NCBI RefSeq assembly: GCF_036321535.1
Contig: NC_087436.1
Location: 2,852,001 to 2,916,000, forward strand
Source of the DNA: Camelus dromedarius
Lineage: Eukaryota
Reading direction: 5' to 3'
DNA: 64,000 nt
The position numbers and the translations under genes are program-made. The notes beneath the pieces are model-generated. The model saw only the letters and a list, made by a program, of their open reading frames with translations, was not told where the DNA came from and made no database searches. Shown piece after piece: positions 50,470-62,900 of this stretch (position 1 is the stretch's first letter; the number at the start of each line of letters is the position of its first letter).

Positions 50470-53400
50470 ACACACTTATCTCTCAGAACTGAGCATGTGG
50501 AGAGACGTTCGTTCATCTAGCACAAAGGGAACGGGTTGCAGGAGAAACTTTTACTCTGGTTTCTCAGTCTGTTTCCTAGTGCCGGTTTGAAGTTCCTGCA
50601 GTTTTCACTGTAAAAGCGAGTTGGATCTAGTACCTCCCCAAATATATGTATGGAGTGGAATTTGCAAGTGAAAAGAAACTTTGTGTTCTCAACAAGCTAG
50701 TTGAAGGCGGCTTTCACACACACTTAACTCTCAGAACTGAGCACGTGGAGAGACGTTCATTCATCTAGCACAAATTGAACGGGTTGAAGGAGAAACTTTT
50801 ACTCTAGATTCTCAGTCTGTTTCCTAGTGCCGGTTTGAATTTCCTGCAGTTTTCACATTAATACCGAGTTGGAGCTAGTACCTCCCCATATATATGTATG
50901 GAGTGGAGTTTGCAAGTGAAAAGAAACTTTGTGTTCCCAACAAGCTAGGTGAAGGACGGCTTTCACACTCAATTATCTCTCAGAAATGAGCATGTGGATA
51001 GACTTTCGTTCATCTAGCACAAAGGGAACGGGTTGCAGGAGAAACTTTTACTCTGGTTTCTCAGTCTGTTTCCTAGTGCCGGTTTGAAGTTCCTGCAGTT
51101 TTCACTGTAAAACCGAGTTGGAGCTAGTACCTCCCCATATATATGTATGGATTGAAGTATGCAATTGAAAAGAAATTTGTGTTCCCAACAAGCTGGGTGA
51201 AGGACGGCTTTCACACACACTTATCTCTCAGAACTGAGCATGTGGAGATACATTCGTTCATCTAGCACAAAGGGAACGGGTGGCAGGAGAAACTTTTACT
51301 GTGGTTTCTCAGTCTGTTTCCTAGTGCCGGTTTGAAGTTCCTGAAGTTTTCACTGTAAAACCGAATTGGAGCTAGTACCTCCCCATATATATGTATGGAG
51401 TGGGTTTTGCAACTGAAAAGAAACTTTGTGTTCCCAACAAGCTATGTGAAGGACGGCTTTCACACACACTTATCTCTCAGAACTGAGCATGTGGAGAGAC
51501 GTTCGTTCATCTAGCACAAAGGGAACGGGTTGCAGGAGAAACTTTTACTCTGGTTTCTCAGTCTGTTTCCTAGTGCCGGTTTGAAGTTCCTGCAGTTTTC
51601 ACTGTAAAACCGAGTTGGATCTAGTACCTCCCCATATATATGTATGGAGTGGAGTTTGCAAGTGAAAAGAAACTTTGTGTTCCCAACAAGCTAGTTGAAG
51701 GCGGCTTTCACACACAATTATCTCTCAGAACTGAGCATGTGGAGAAACGTTCGTTCATCTAGCACAAAGGGAACGGGTTGCAGGAGAAACTTTTACTCTG
51801 GTTTCTCAGTTTGTTTCCTAGTGCCGGGATTAAGTTCCTGAATTTTTCACTGTAAAACCGAATTGGAGCTAGTACCTCCCCATATATATGTATGGAGTGG
51901 GGTTTGCAACTGAAAAGAAACTTTCTGTTCCCAACAAGCTATGTGAAGGACTTCTTTCACACACACTTAACTCTCAGAACTGAGCATGTGGAGAGACGTT
52001 CGTTCATCTAGCACAAATGGAACGGATTGCAGGAGAAACCTTTACTCTGGTTTCTCAGTCTGTTTCCTAGTGCCGTTTGGAAGTTCCTTCAGTTTTCAAT
52101 GAAAAACTGTTTTGGAGCAAGTACCTCCCCATATATATGTATGGATTGGTGTTTGCAACTGAAAAGATTCTTTGTGTTCCCAACAAGCTTCATGAAGGAC
52201 GGCTTTCACATACACTTTTCTCTCAGAACTGAGCACGTGGAGAGACGTTCATTCATCTAGCACAAATTGAACGGGTTGAAGGAGAAACTTTTACTCTAGA
52301 TTCTCAGTCTGTTTCCTAGTGCCGTTTGAGTTCCTGCAGTTTTCACTGTAAAACCGATTTGGAGCTTGTACCTCCCCATATATATGTATGGAGTGGAGTT
52401 TGCAAGTGAAAAGAAACTTTGTGTTCCCAACAAGCTAGTTGAAGGCGGCTTTCACACACACTTTTCTCTCAGAACTGAGCACGTGGAGAGACGTTCATTC
52501 ATCTAGCACAAATTGAACGGGTTGAAGGAGAAACTTTTACTCTAGATTCTCAGTCTGTTTCCTAGTGCCGGATTGAATGTCCTGCAGTTTTCACATTAAA
52601 ACCGAGTTGGAGCTATTACCTCCCGATATATATGTATGGAGTGGAGTTTGCAAGTGAAAAGAAACTTTGTGTTCCCAACAAGTTTGGTGAAGTACTGCTT
52701 TCTCATACACTTAACTCTCAGAACTGAGCATGTGGAGAGACGTTCGTTCATCTAGCACAAACGGAGCGTGTTGCAGTAGAAACATTTACTCTGGTTTCTC
52801 AGACTGTTTCCTAGTGCCGGTTTGAAGTTCCTGCAGTTTTCACTGTAAAAGCGAGTTGGAGCTAGTACCTCCCCATATATATGTATGGAGTGGGGTTTGC
52901 AAGTGAAAAGAAACTTTGTGTTCCCAACAAGCTAGGTGAAGGACGGTTTTCACACAAAATTATCTCTCAGAACTGAGCATGTGGAGAGACGTTCGTTCAT
53001 CTTGCATAAAGTGAACGGGTTGCAGGAGAAACTTTTACTCTGGTTTCTCAGTCTGTTTCCTAGTGCCGGTTTGAAGTTCCTGCAGTTTTCACTGTAAAAC
53101 CGAGTTGGAGCTATTACCTCCCCATTTATATGTATGGAGTGGAGTTTGCAATTGAAAAGAAACTTTGTGTTCCCAAAAGAAACTTGAAGGACGGCTTTCA
53201 CACACACTTATCTCTCAGAACTGAGCATGTGGAGAGACGTTCATTCATCTAGCACAAATTGAACGGGTTGAAGGAGAAACTTTTACTCTAGATTCTCAGT
53301 CTGTTTCCTAGTGCCGGATTGAATGTCCTGCAGTTTTCACATTAAAACCGTGTTGGAGCTAGTACCTCCCGATATATATGTATGGAGTGGAGTTTGCAAG

Positions 53401-56400
53401 TGAAAAGAAACTTTGTGTTCCCAACAAGTTTGGTGAAGTACTGCTTTCTCATACACTTAACTCTCAGAACTGAGCATGTGGAGAGACGTTCGTTCATCTA
53501 GCACAAACGGAGCGTGTTGCAGTAGAAACATTTACTCTGGTTTCTCAGTCTGTTTCCTAGTGCCGGTTTGAAGTTCCTGCAGTTTTCACTGTAAAAGCGA
53601 GTTGGAGCTAGTACCTCCCCATATATATGTATGGAGTGGGGTTTGCAAGTGAAAAGAAACTTTGTGTTCCCAACAAGCTAGGTGAAGGACGGTTTTCACA
53701 CAAAATTATCTCTCAGAACTGAGCATGTGGAGAGACGTTCGTTCATCTTGCATAAAGTGAACGGGTTGCAGGAGAAACTTTTACTCTGGTTTCTCAGTCT
53801 GTTTCCTAGTGCCGGTTTGAAGTTCCTGCAGTTTTCACTGTAAAACCGAGTTGGAGCTATTACCTCCCCATTTATATGTATGGATTGGAGTTTGCAATTG
53901 AAAAGAAACTTTGTGTTCCCAAAAGAAACTTGAAGGACGGCTTTCACACACACTTATCTCTCAGAACTGAGCATGTGGAGAGACGTTCGTTCATCTAGCA
54001 CAAAGGGAACTGTTGTCAGGAGAAACTTTTACTCTGGTTTCTCAGTCTGTTTCCTAGTGCGGGATGAAGTTCCTGAATTTTTCACTGTAAAAAAGAATTG
54101 GTGCTAGTACCTCCCCATATATAATTATGGAGTGGGATTTGCAACTGAAAAGAAACTTTGTGTTCCCAACAAGCTATGTGAAGGACGGCTTTCACATACA
54201 CTAATCTCTCAGAAATGAGCATGTGGAGAGACGTTCGTTCACCTAGCACAAAGGGAACTTGTTGCAGGAGAAACTATAACTCTGGTTTCTCAGTCTGTTT
54301 CCTAGTGCCGGTTTGAAGTTCCTGCAGTTTTCACTTTAAATCCGAGTTGGAGCTAGTACCTCCCCATATATAGGTTTGGATTGGAGTATGCAACTGAAAA
54401 GAAACTTTGTGTTCCCAACAAGCAGGGTGAAATTCGGTTTTCACACACACTTATCTCTCAGAACTGAGCATGTGGAGAGAAGTTCGTTCATCTAGCACAA
54501 ATGGAACGGATTGCAGGAGAAACCTTTACTCTGGTTTTTCAGTCTGTTTCCTAGTGCCGTTTGGAAGATCCTTCAGTTTTCAATGAAAAACTGTGTTGGA
54601 GCTAGTACCTCCCCATATATATGTATGGATTCGTGTTTGCAACTGAAAAGATACTTTGTGTTCCCAACAAGCTTGGTGAAGGACGGCTTTCACATTCACT
54701 TATCTCTCAGAACTGAGCATGTGGAGAGACGTTCGTTCATCTAGGGCAAAGGGAACGGGATGCAGGAGAAACTATTACTCTGGTTTCTCAGTCTGTTTCC
54801 TAGTGCTTTTGAAGTTCCTGCAGTTTTCACTGTAAAACCGAGTTGGAGCTAGTACCTCCCCATATATATGTATGGAGTAGAGTTTGCAAGTGTAAAGAAA
54901 CTTTGTGTTCCCAACAAGCTAGGTGAAGGACGGCTTTCACACACAATAATATCTCAGAAATGAGCATGTGGAGAGACGTTCGTTCATCTAGCACAAAGGG
55001 AACGGGTTGCAGGAGAAACTTTTACTCTGGTTTCTCTGTCTGTTTCCTAGTGCCGGTTTGAAGTTCCTGCAGTTTTCACTGTAAAACCGAGTTGGAGCTA
55101 TTACCTCCCCAAATATATGTATGGAGTGGAGTTTGCAATTGAAAAGAAACTTTGTGTTCCCAACAAGAAACTTGAAGGACGGCTTTCACACACACTTATC
55201 TCTCAGAACTGAGCATGTGGAGAGACGTTCGTTCATCTAGCACAAAGGGAACGGGTTGCAGGAGAAACTTTTACTCTGGTTTCTCAGTCTGTTTCCTAGT
55301 GCCGGGTTGAAGTTCCTGCAGTTTTCACTGTAAAAGCGAGTTGGATCTAGTACCTCCCCAAATATATGTATGGAGTGGAATTTGCAAGTGAAAAGAAACT
55401 TTGTGTTCTCAACAAGCTAGTTGAAGGCGGCTTTCACACACACTTATCTCTCAGAACTGAGCACGTGGAGAGACGTTCATTCATCTAGCACAAATTGAAC
55501 GGGTTGAAGGAGAAACATTTACTCTAGATTCTCAGTCTGTTTCCTAGTGCCGGTTTGAATTTCCTGCAGTTTTCACATTAATACCGAGTTGGAGCTAGTA
55601 CCTCCCCATATATATGTATGGAGTGGAGTTTGCAAGTGAAAAGAAACTTTGTGTTCCCAACAAGCTAGGTGAAGGACGGCTTTCACACTCAATTATCTCT
55701 CAGAAATGAGCATGTGGATAGACTTTCGTTCATCTAGCACAAAGGGAACGGGTTGCAGGAGAAACTTTTACTCTGGTTTCTCAGTCTGTTTCCTAGTGCC
55801 GGTTTGAAGTTCCTGCAGTTTTCACTGTAAAACCGAGTTGGAGCTATTACCTCCCCATATATATGTATGGATTGAAGTATGCAATTGAAAAGAAATTTGT
55901 GTTCCCAACAAGCTGGGTGAAGGACGGCTTTCACACACACTTATCTCTCAGAACTGAGCATGTGGAGATACATTCGTTCATCTAGCACAAAGGGAACGGG
56001 TGGCAGGAGAAACTTTTACTGTGGTTTCTCAGTCTGTTTCCTAGTGCCGGTTTGAAGTTCCTGAAGTTTTCACTGTAAAACCGAATTGGAGCTAGTACCT
56101 CCCCATATATATGTATGGAGTGGGTTTTGCAACTGAAAAGAAACTTTGTGTTCCCAACAAGCTATGTGAAGGACGGCTTTCACACACACTTATCTCTCAG
56201 AACTGAGCATGTGGAGAGACGTTCGTTCATCTAGCACAAAGGGAACGGGTTGCAGGAGAAACTTTTACTCTGGTTTCTCAGTCTGTTTCCTAGTGCCGGT
56301 TTGAAGTTCCTGCAGTTTTCACTGTAAAACCGAGTTGGATCTAGTACCTCCCCATATATATGTATGGAGTGGAGTTTGCAAGTGAAAAGAAACTTTGTGT

Positions 56401-58330
56401 TCCCAACAAGCTAGTTGAAGGCGGCTTTCACACACAATTATCTCTCAGAACTGAGCATGTGGAGAAACGTTCGTTCATCTAGCACAAAGGGAACGGTTTG
56501 CAGGAGAAACTTTTACTCTGGTTTCTCAGTCTGTTTCCTAGTGCCGGGATTAAGTTCCTGAATTTTTCACTGTAAAACCGAATTGGAGCTAGTACCTCCC
56601 CATATATATGTATGGAGTGGGGTTTGCAACTGAAAAGAAACTTTGTGTTCCCAACAAGCTATGTGAAGGACTTCTTTCACACACACTTAACTCTCAGAAC
56701 TGAGCATGTGGAGAGACGTTCGTTCATCTAGCACAAATGGAACGGATTGCAGGAGAAAACTTTACTCTGGTTTCTCAGTCTGTTTCCTAGTGCCGTTTGG
56801 AAGTTCCTTCAGTTTTCAATGAAAAACTGTTTTGGAGCTAGTACCTCCCCATATATATGTATGGATTGGTGTTTGCAACTGAAAAGATTCTTTGTGTTCC
56901 TAACAAGCTTCATGAAGGACGGCTTTCACATACACTTTTCTCTCAGAACTGAGCATGTGGAGAGACGTTCGTTCATCTAGCACAAAGGGAACGGGTTGCA
57001 GGAGAAACTTTACTCTGGTTTCTCAGTCTGTTTCCTAGTGCCGTTTGAGTTCCTGCAGTTTTCACTGTAAAACCGATTTGGAGCTTGTACCTCCCCATAT
57101 ATATGTATGGAGTGCAGTTTGCAAGTGAAAAGAAACTTTGTGTTCCCAACAAGCTAGTTGAAGGCGGCTTTCACACACACTTTTCTCTCAGAACTGAGCA
57201 CGTGGAGAGACGTTCATTCATCTAGCACAAATTGAACGGGTTGAAGGAGAAACTTTTACTCTAGATTCTCAGTCTGTTTCCTAGTGCCGGATTGAATGTC
57301 CTGCAGTTTTCACATTAAAACCGAGTTGGAGCTATTACCTCCCGATATATATGTATGGAGTGGAGTTTGCAAGTGAAAAGAAACTTTGTGTTCCCAACAA
57401 GTTTGGTGAAGTACTGCTTTCTCATACACTTAACTCTCAGAACTGAGCATGTGGAGAGACGTTCGTTCATCTAGCACAAACGGAGCGTGTTGCAGTAGAA
57501 ACATTTACTCTGGTTTCTCAGTCTGTTTCCTAGTGCCGGTTTGAAGTTCCTGCAGTTTTCACTGTAAAAGCGAGTTGGAGCTAGTACCTCCCCATATATA
57601 TGTATGGAGTGGGGTTTGCAAGTGAAAAGAAACTTTGTGTTCCCAACAAGCTAGGTGAAGGACGGTTTTCACACAAAATTATCTCTCAGAACTGAGCATG
57701 TGGAGAGACGTTCGTTCATCTTGCATAAAGTGAACGGGTTGCAGGAGAAACTTTTACTCTGGTTTCTCAGTCTGTTTCCTAGTGCCGGTTTGAAGTTCCT
57801 GCAGTTTTCACTGTAAAACCGAGTTGGAGCTATTACCTCCCCATTTATATGTATGGAGTGGAGTTTGCAATTGAAAAGAAACTTTGTGTTCCCAAAAGAA
57901 ACTTGAAGGACGGCTTTCACACACACTTATCTCTCAGAACTGAGCATGTGGAGAGACGTTCATTCATCTAGCACAAATTGAACGGGTTGAAGGAGAAACT
58001 TTTACTCTAGATTCTCAGTCTGTTTCCTAGTGCCGGATTGAATGTCCTGCAGTTTTCACATTAAAACCGTGTTGGAGCTAGTACCTCCCGATATATATGT
58101 ATGGAGTGGAGTTTGCAAGTGAAAAGAAACTTTGTGTTCCCAACAAGTTTGGTGAAGTACTGCTTTCTCATACACTTAACTCTCAGAACTGAGCATGTGG
58201 AGAAACGTTCGTTCATCTAGCACAAACGGAGCGTGTTGCAGTAGAAACATTTACTCTGGTTTCTCAGTCTGTTTCCTAGTGCCGGTTTGAAGTTCCTGCA
58301 GTTTTCACTGTAAAAGCGAGTTGGAGCTAG
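50470..58330. repeat. Block duplication at 19-monomer offset (4720 bp): ~50470-53610 repeated at ~55190-58330, containing a 3-monomer tandem duplication (746 bp)
   Basis: ORF pairs 51014/55734 and 52027/56747 (4720) and 52950/57669 (4719); ORFs 52950/53696 are offset by 746. TAAAAGCGAGTTGGATCTAG is at 50611 and 55331. Confidence 0.9.
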
Positions 58331-58479
58331 TACCTCCCCAAATATATGTATGGAGTGGGGTTTGCAATTGAAAAGAAACTTTGTGTTCCCAACAAAAAAC
58401 TTGAAGGACGGCTTTCACACACAATTATCTCTCAGAACTGAGCATGTGGAGAGACGTTCGTTCATCTAGCACAAAGGGA

Positions 58480-59990
58480 ACGGGTTGCAGGAGAAACTTT
58501 TACTCTGGATTCTCAGTCTGATTCCTAGTGCCGGGATGAAGTTCCTGAATTTTTCACTGTAAAATCGAATTGGAGCTAGTACCTCCCCATATATATGTAT
58601 GGAGTGAGGTTTGCAACTGAAAAGAAACATTGTGTTCCCAACAAGCTATGTGAAGGACGGCTTTCACACACAGTTATCTCTCAGAACTGAGCATGTGGAG
58701 AGACGTTCGTTCATCTAGCACAAAGGGAACGTGTTGCAGGAGAAACTTTTACTCTGGTTTCTCAGGCTGTTTCCTAGTGCTGGTTTGAAGTTCCTGCAGT
58801 TTTCAATCTAAAACCGAGTTGGAGCTAGTACCTCCCCATATATATGTATGGAGTGGTGTTTGCAACTTAATAGAAACTTTGTGTTCCCAACAAGCTTGGT
58901 GTAGGATGGCTTTCACATACACTTATCTCTCAGAAATGAGCATGTGGAGAGACGTTCGTTCATCTAGCACAAACAGAACGGGTTGCAGGAGAAACTTTTA
59001 CTCTGGTTTCTCAGTCTGTTTCCTACTGCTGGTTTGAAGTTCCTGAAGTTTTCACTGTAAAATCGAGTTGGAGCTAGTACCTCCCCATATATATATACGG
59101 AGTGGGGTTTGCAAGTCAAAAGAAACTTTGTTTTCCCAACAAGCTAGGTGAAGGACGGCTTTCAACACAATTACCACTCAGAAATGAGCATGTGGAGAGA
59201 CGTTCGTTCATCTAGCATAAAGGGAACGGGTTGCAGGAGAAACTTTTACTCTGGATTCTCAGTCTGATTCCTAGTGCCGGGATGAAGTTCCTGAATTTTT
59301 CACTGTAAAATCGAATTGGAGCTAGTACCTCCCCATATATATGTATGGAGTGAGGTTTGCAACTGAAAAGAAACATTGTGTTCCCAACAAGCTATGTGAA
59401 GGACGGCTTTCACACACAGTTATCTCTCAGAACTGAGCATGTGGAGAGACGTTCGTTCATCTAGCACAAAGGGAACGTGTTGCAGGAGAAACTTTTACTC
59501 TGGTTTCTCAGGCTGTTTCCTAGTGCTGGTTTGAAGTTCCTGCAGTTTTCAATCTAAAACCGAGTTGGAGCTAGTACCTCCCCATATATATGTATGGAGT
59601 GGTGTTTGCAACTTAATAGAAACTTTGTGTTCCCAACAAGCTTTGTGTAGGATGGCTTTCACATACACTTACCTCTCAGAAATGAGCATGTGGAGAGACG
59701 TTCGTTCATCTAGCACAAACAGAACGGGTTGCAGGAGAAACTTTTACTCTGGTTTCTCAGTCTGTTTCCTACTGCTGGTTTGAAGTTCCTGAAGTTTTCA
59801 CTGTAAAATCGAGTTGGAGCTAGTACCTCCCCATATATATATACGGAGTGGGGTTTGCAAGTCAAAAGAAACTTTGTGTTCCCAACAAGCTAGGTGAAGG
59901 ACGGCTTTCAACACAATTACCACTCAGAAATGAGCATGTGGAGAGACGTTCGTTCATCTAGCATAAAGGGAACGGGTTGCAGGAGAAACT
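58480..59990. repeat. Near-identical 3-monomer tandem duplication (746 bp)
   Basis: ORFs 58819/59565 are offset by 746. TACTCTGGATTCTCAGTCTGATTCC is at 58501 and 59247; CAATCTAAAACC and TTCAACACAATTACCACTC each occur twice. Confidence 0.92.
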
Positions 59991-62900
59991 TTTACTCTGG
60001 TTTCTCAGTCTGTTTCCTAGTGCCGGTTTGAAGTTCCTGCAGTTTTCACTGTAAAACCGAGTTGGAGCTAGTACCACCCCATATATATGTATGGAGTGGA
60101 GTTTGCAAATGAAAAGAAACTTTCTGTTCCCAACAAGCTGGGTGAAGGACGGCTTTCACACACACTTATCTCTCAGAACTGAGCACGTGGAGAGACGTTC
60201 GTTCATCTAGCACAAAGGGAACGGGTTGCAAGAGAAACTTTTACTCTGGTTTCTCAGTCTGTTTCCTAGTGCCGGTTTGAAGTTCCTGCAGTTTTCACTT
60301 TAAAACCGATTTGGAGCTAGTACCTCCCCATATACATGTATGCAGCGGAACTTTCAAGTGAAAAGAAACTTTGTGTTCCCAACAAGCTTGGTGAAGGACG
60401 GCTTTCACATACACTAATCTCTCAGAAATGACCATGTGGAGACACTTTCGTTCATCTAGCACAAAGGGAACGGGTTGCAGAAGAAACTTTTACTCTGGTT
60501 TCTCTGTCTGTTTCCTAGTGCCGGTTTGAAGTTCCTGCAGTTTTCACTGTAAATCCGAGTTGGAGCTAGTACCTCCCCATATATATGTATGGAGTGGGAT
60601 TGGCAAGTGGAAAGAAACTTTGTGTTCCCAACAATCTAGTTGAAGGACGGCTTTCACACACACTTCTCTCTCAGAACTGAGCACGTGGAGAGACGTTCAT
60701 TCATCTAGCACAAATGGAACGGGTTGCAGCTGAATCTTTTACTCTGGTTTCTCAGTCTGTTTCCTAGTGCCGTTTTGAAGTTCCTGCAGTTTTCACTGTA
60801 AAACCGTGTTGGAGCTAGTACCTCCCCATATATATGTATGGAATGGAGTTTGCAAGTGAAAAGAAATTTGTGTTCCCAACAAGCTATATGAAGGACGGCT
60901 TTCACACACAATTATCTCTCAGAAATGAGCATGTGGTGAGACGTTCGTTCATCTAGCACAATGGGAACGGGTTGCAGGAGAATCTTTTACTCTGGTTTCT
61001 CAGTCTGTTTCCTAGTGCCGGTTTGATGTTCCTGCAAGTTTCAGTGTAAAACAGAGTGGGAGCTAGTACCCCCCCATATATATTTATGGATTGGAATTTG
61101 CAAGAGAAAAGAATCTTTCTGTTCCCAACAAGCTGGGTGAAGAACGGCTTTCACACACACTTATCTCTCAGAACTGAGCACGTGGAGAGACGTTCGTTCA
61201 TCTAGCACAAATGGAACGTGTTGCAAGAGTAACTTTTACTCTGGTTTCTCAGTCTGTTTCCTAGTGCCGGTTTGAAGTTCCTGCAGTTTTCAATTTAAAA
61301 CCGAGTTGGAGCTAGAACCTCCCATATACATGTATGGAGCGGAGTTTGCAAGTTAAAAGAAACTTTGTGTTCCCAACAAGCTTGGTGAAGGACGGCTTTC
61401 ACATACAATAATCTCTCAGAAATGAGCATGTGGAGAGACGCCCTTTCAACTAGCACAAAGGGAACGGGTTGCAGGAGAAACTTTTACTCTGGTTTCTCAG
61501 TCTTTTTCCTAGTGCCGGTTTGAAGTTCCTGCAGTTTTCACTGTAAAACCGAGTTGGAGCTAGTACCTCCCCATATATATGTATGGACTGGAGTTTGCAT
61601 CTGAAAAGAAATTTGTGTTCCCAACAAGCTGGGTGAAGGACGGATTTCACACACACTTATGTCTCAGAACTGAGCATGTGGAGAGAATTTCGTTCATCTA
61701 GCACAAAGGGAATGGATTGCAGTAGAAACTTTTACTCTGGTTTCTCAGTCTGTTTCCTAGTGCCGGTTGGAATTTCCTTCAGTTTTCAATGAAAAACAGT
61801 GTTGGAGCTAGTACCTCCCCATATATACGTATGGATTGGTGTTTGCAACTAAATAGAACTTTGTGTTCCCAACAAGCTTGGTGAAGGACTGCTTTCTCAT
61901 ACACTTACCACTCAGAACTGAGCATGTGGAGAGACGTTCGTTCATCTTGCATAAAGTGAACGGGTTGCAGGAGAAACTTTTACTCTGGTTTCTCAGTCTG
62001 TTTCCTAGTGCCGGTTTGAAGTTCCTGCAGTTTTCACTGTAAAACCGAGTTGGAGCTATTACCTCCCCATATATATGTATGGAGTGGAGTTTGCAATTGA
62101 AAAGAAACTTTGTGTTCCCAACAAGCTTGGTTTTAGAAGGCTTTACATACACTTATCTCTCAGAACTGAGCATGTGGAGAGACGTTCGTTCATCTAGCAC
62201 AAACGGAACGGGTTGCAGGAGAAACTTTTACTCTGGTTTCTCAGTCTGTTTCCTAGTGCAGGTTTGAACTTCCTGAAGTTTTCACTGTAAAACCGAGTTG
62301 GAGCTAGTACCTCCCCATATATATATATGGAGTGGGGTTTCAAATGAAAAGAAAGATTGTGTTCCCAACAAGCTAGGTGAAGGACGGCTTTCACACACAA
62401 TTACCTCTCAGAAATGAGCATGTGGAGAGACGTTCGTTCATCTAGCACAAAGGGAACGGTTTGCAGGAGAAACTTTTACTCTGGTTTCTCAGTCTGTTTC
62501 CTAGTGCCGATTTGAAGTTCCTGCAGTTTTCACTGTAAAACCGAGTTGGAGCTTGTACCTCCCCATATATATGTATGGAGTGGGGTTTGCAAGTGAAAAG
62601 AAACTTTGTGTTCCCAACAAGCTAGGTGAAGGACGGCTTTCACACAAAATTATCTCTCAGAACTGAGCATGTGGAGAGACGTTCTTTCATCTTGCATAAA
62701 GTGAACGGGTTGCAGGAGAAACTTTTACTCTGGTTTCTCAGTCTGTTTCCTAGTGCCGTTTGAAGTTCCTGCAGTTTTCACTGTAAAACCGATTTGGAGC
62801 TAGTACCTCCCCATATATATGTATGGAGTGGAGTTTGCAAGTGAAAAGAAACTTTGTGTTCCCAACAAGCTAGTTGAAGGCGGCTTTCAAACACAATTAT

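Noticed and set aside
54001..54480. Possible foreign insertion in a locally divergent stretch (GGAACTGTTGTCAGG, AAAAGAATTGGTGC, GCAGGGTGAAATTCGG)
   Set aside because: It remains colinear with the monomer and in register; these are just more diverged copies.
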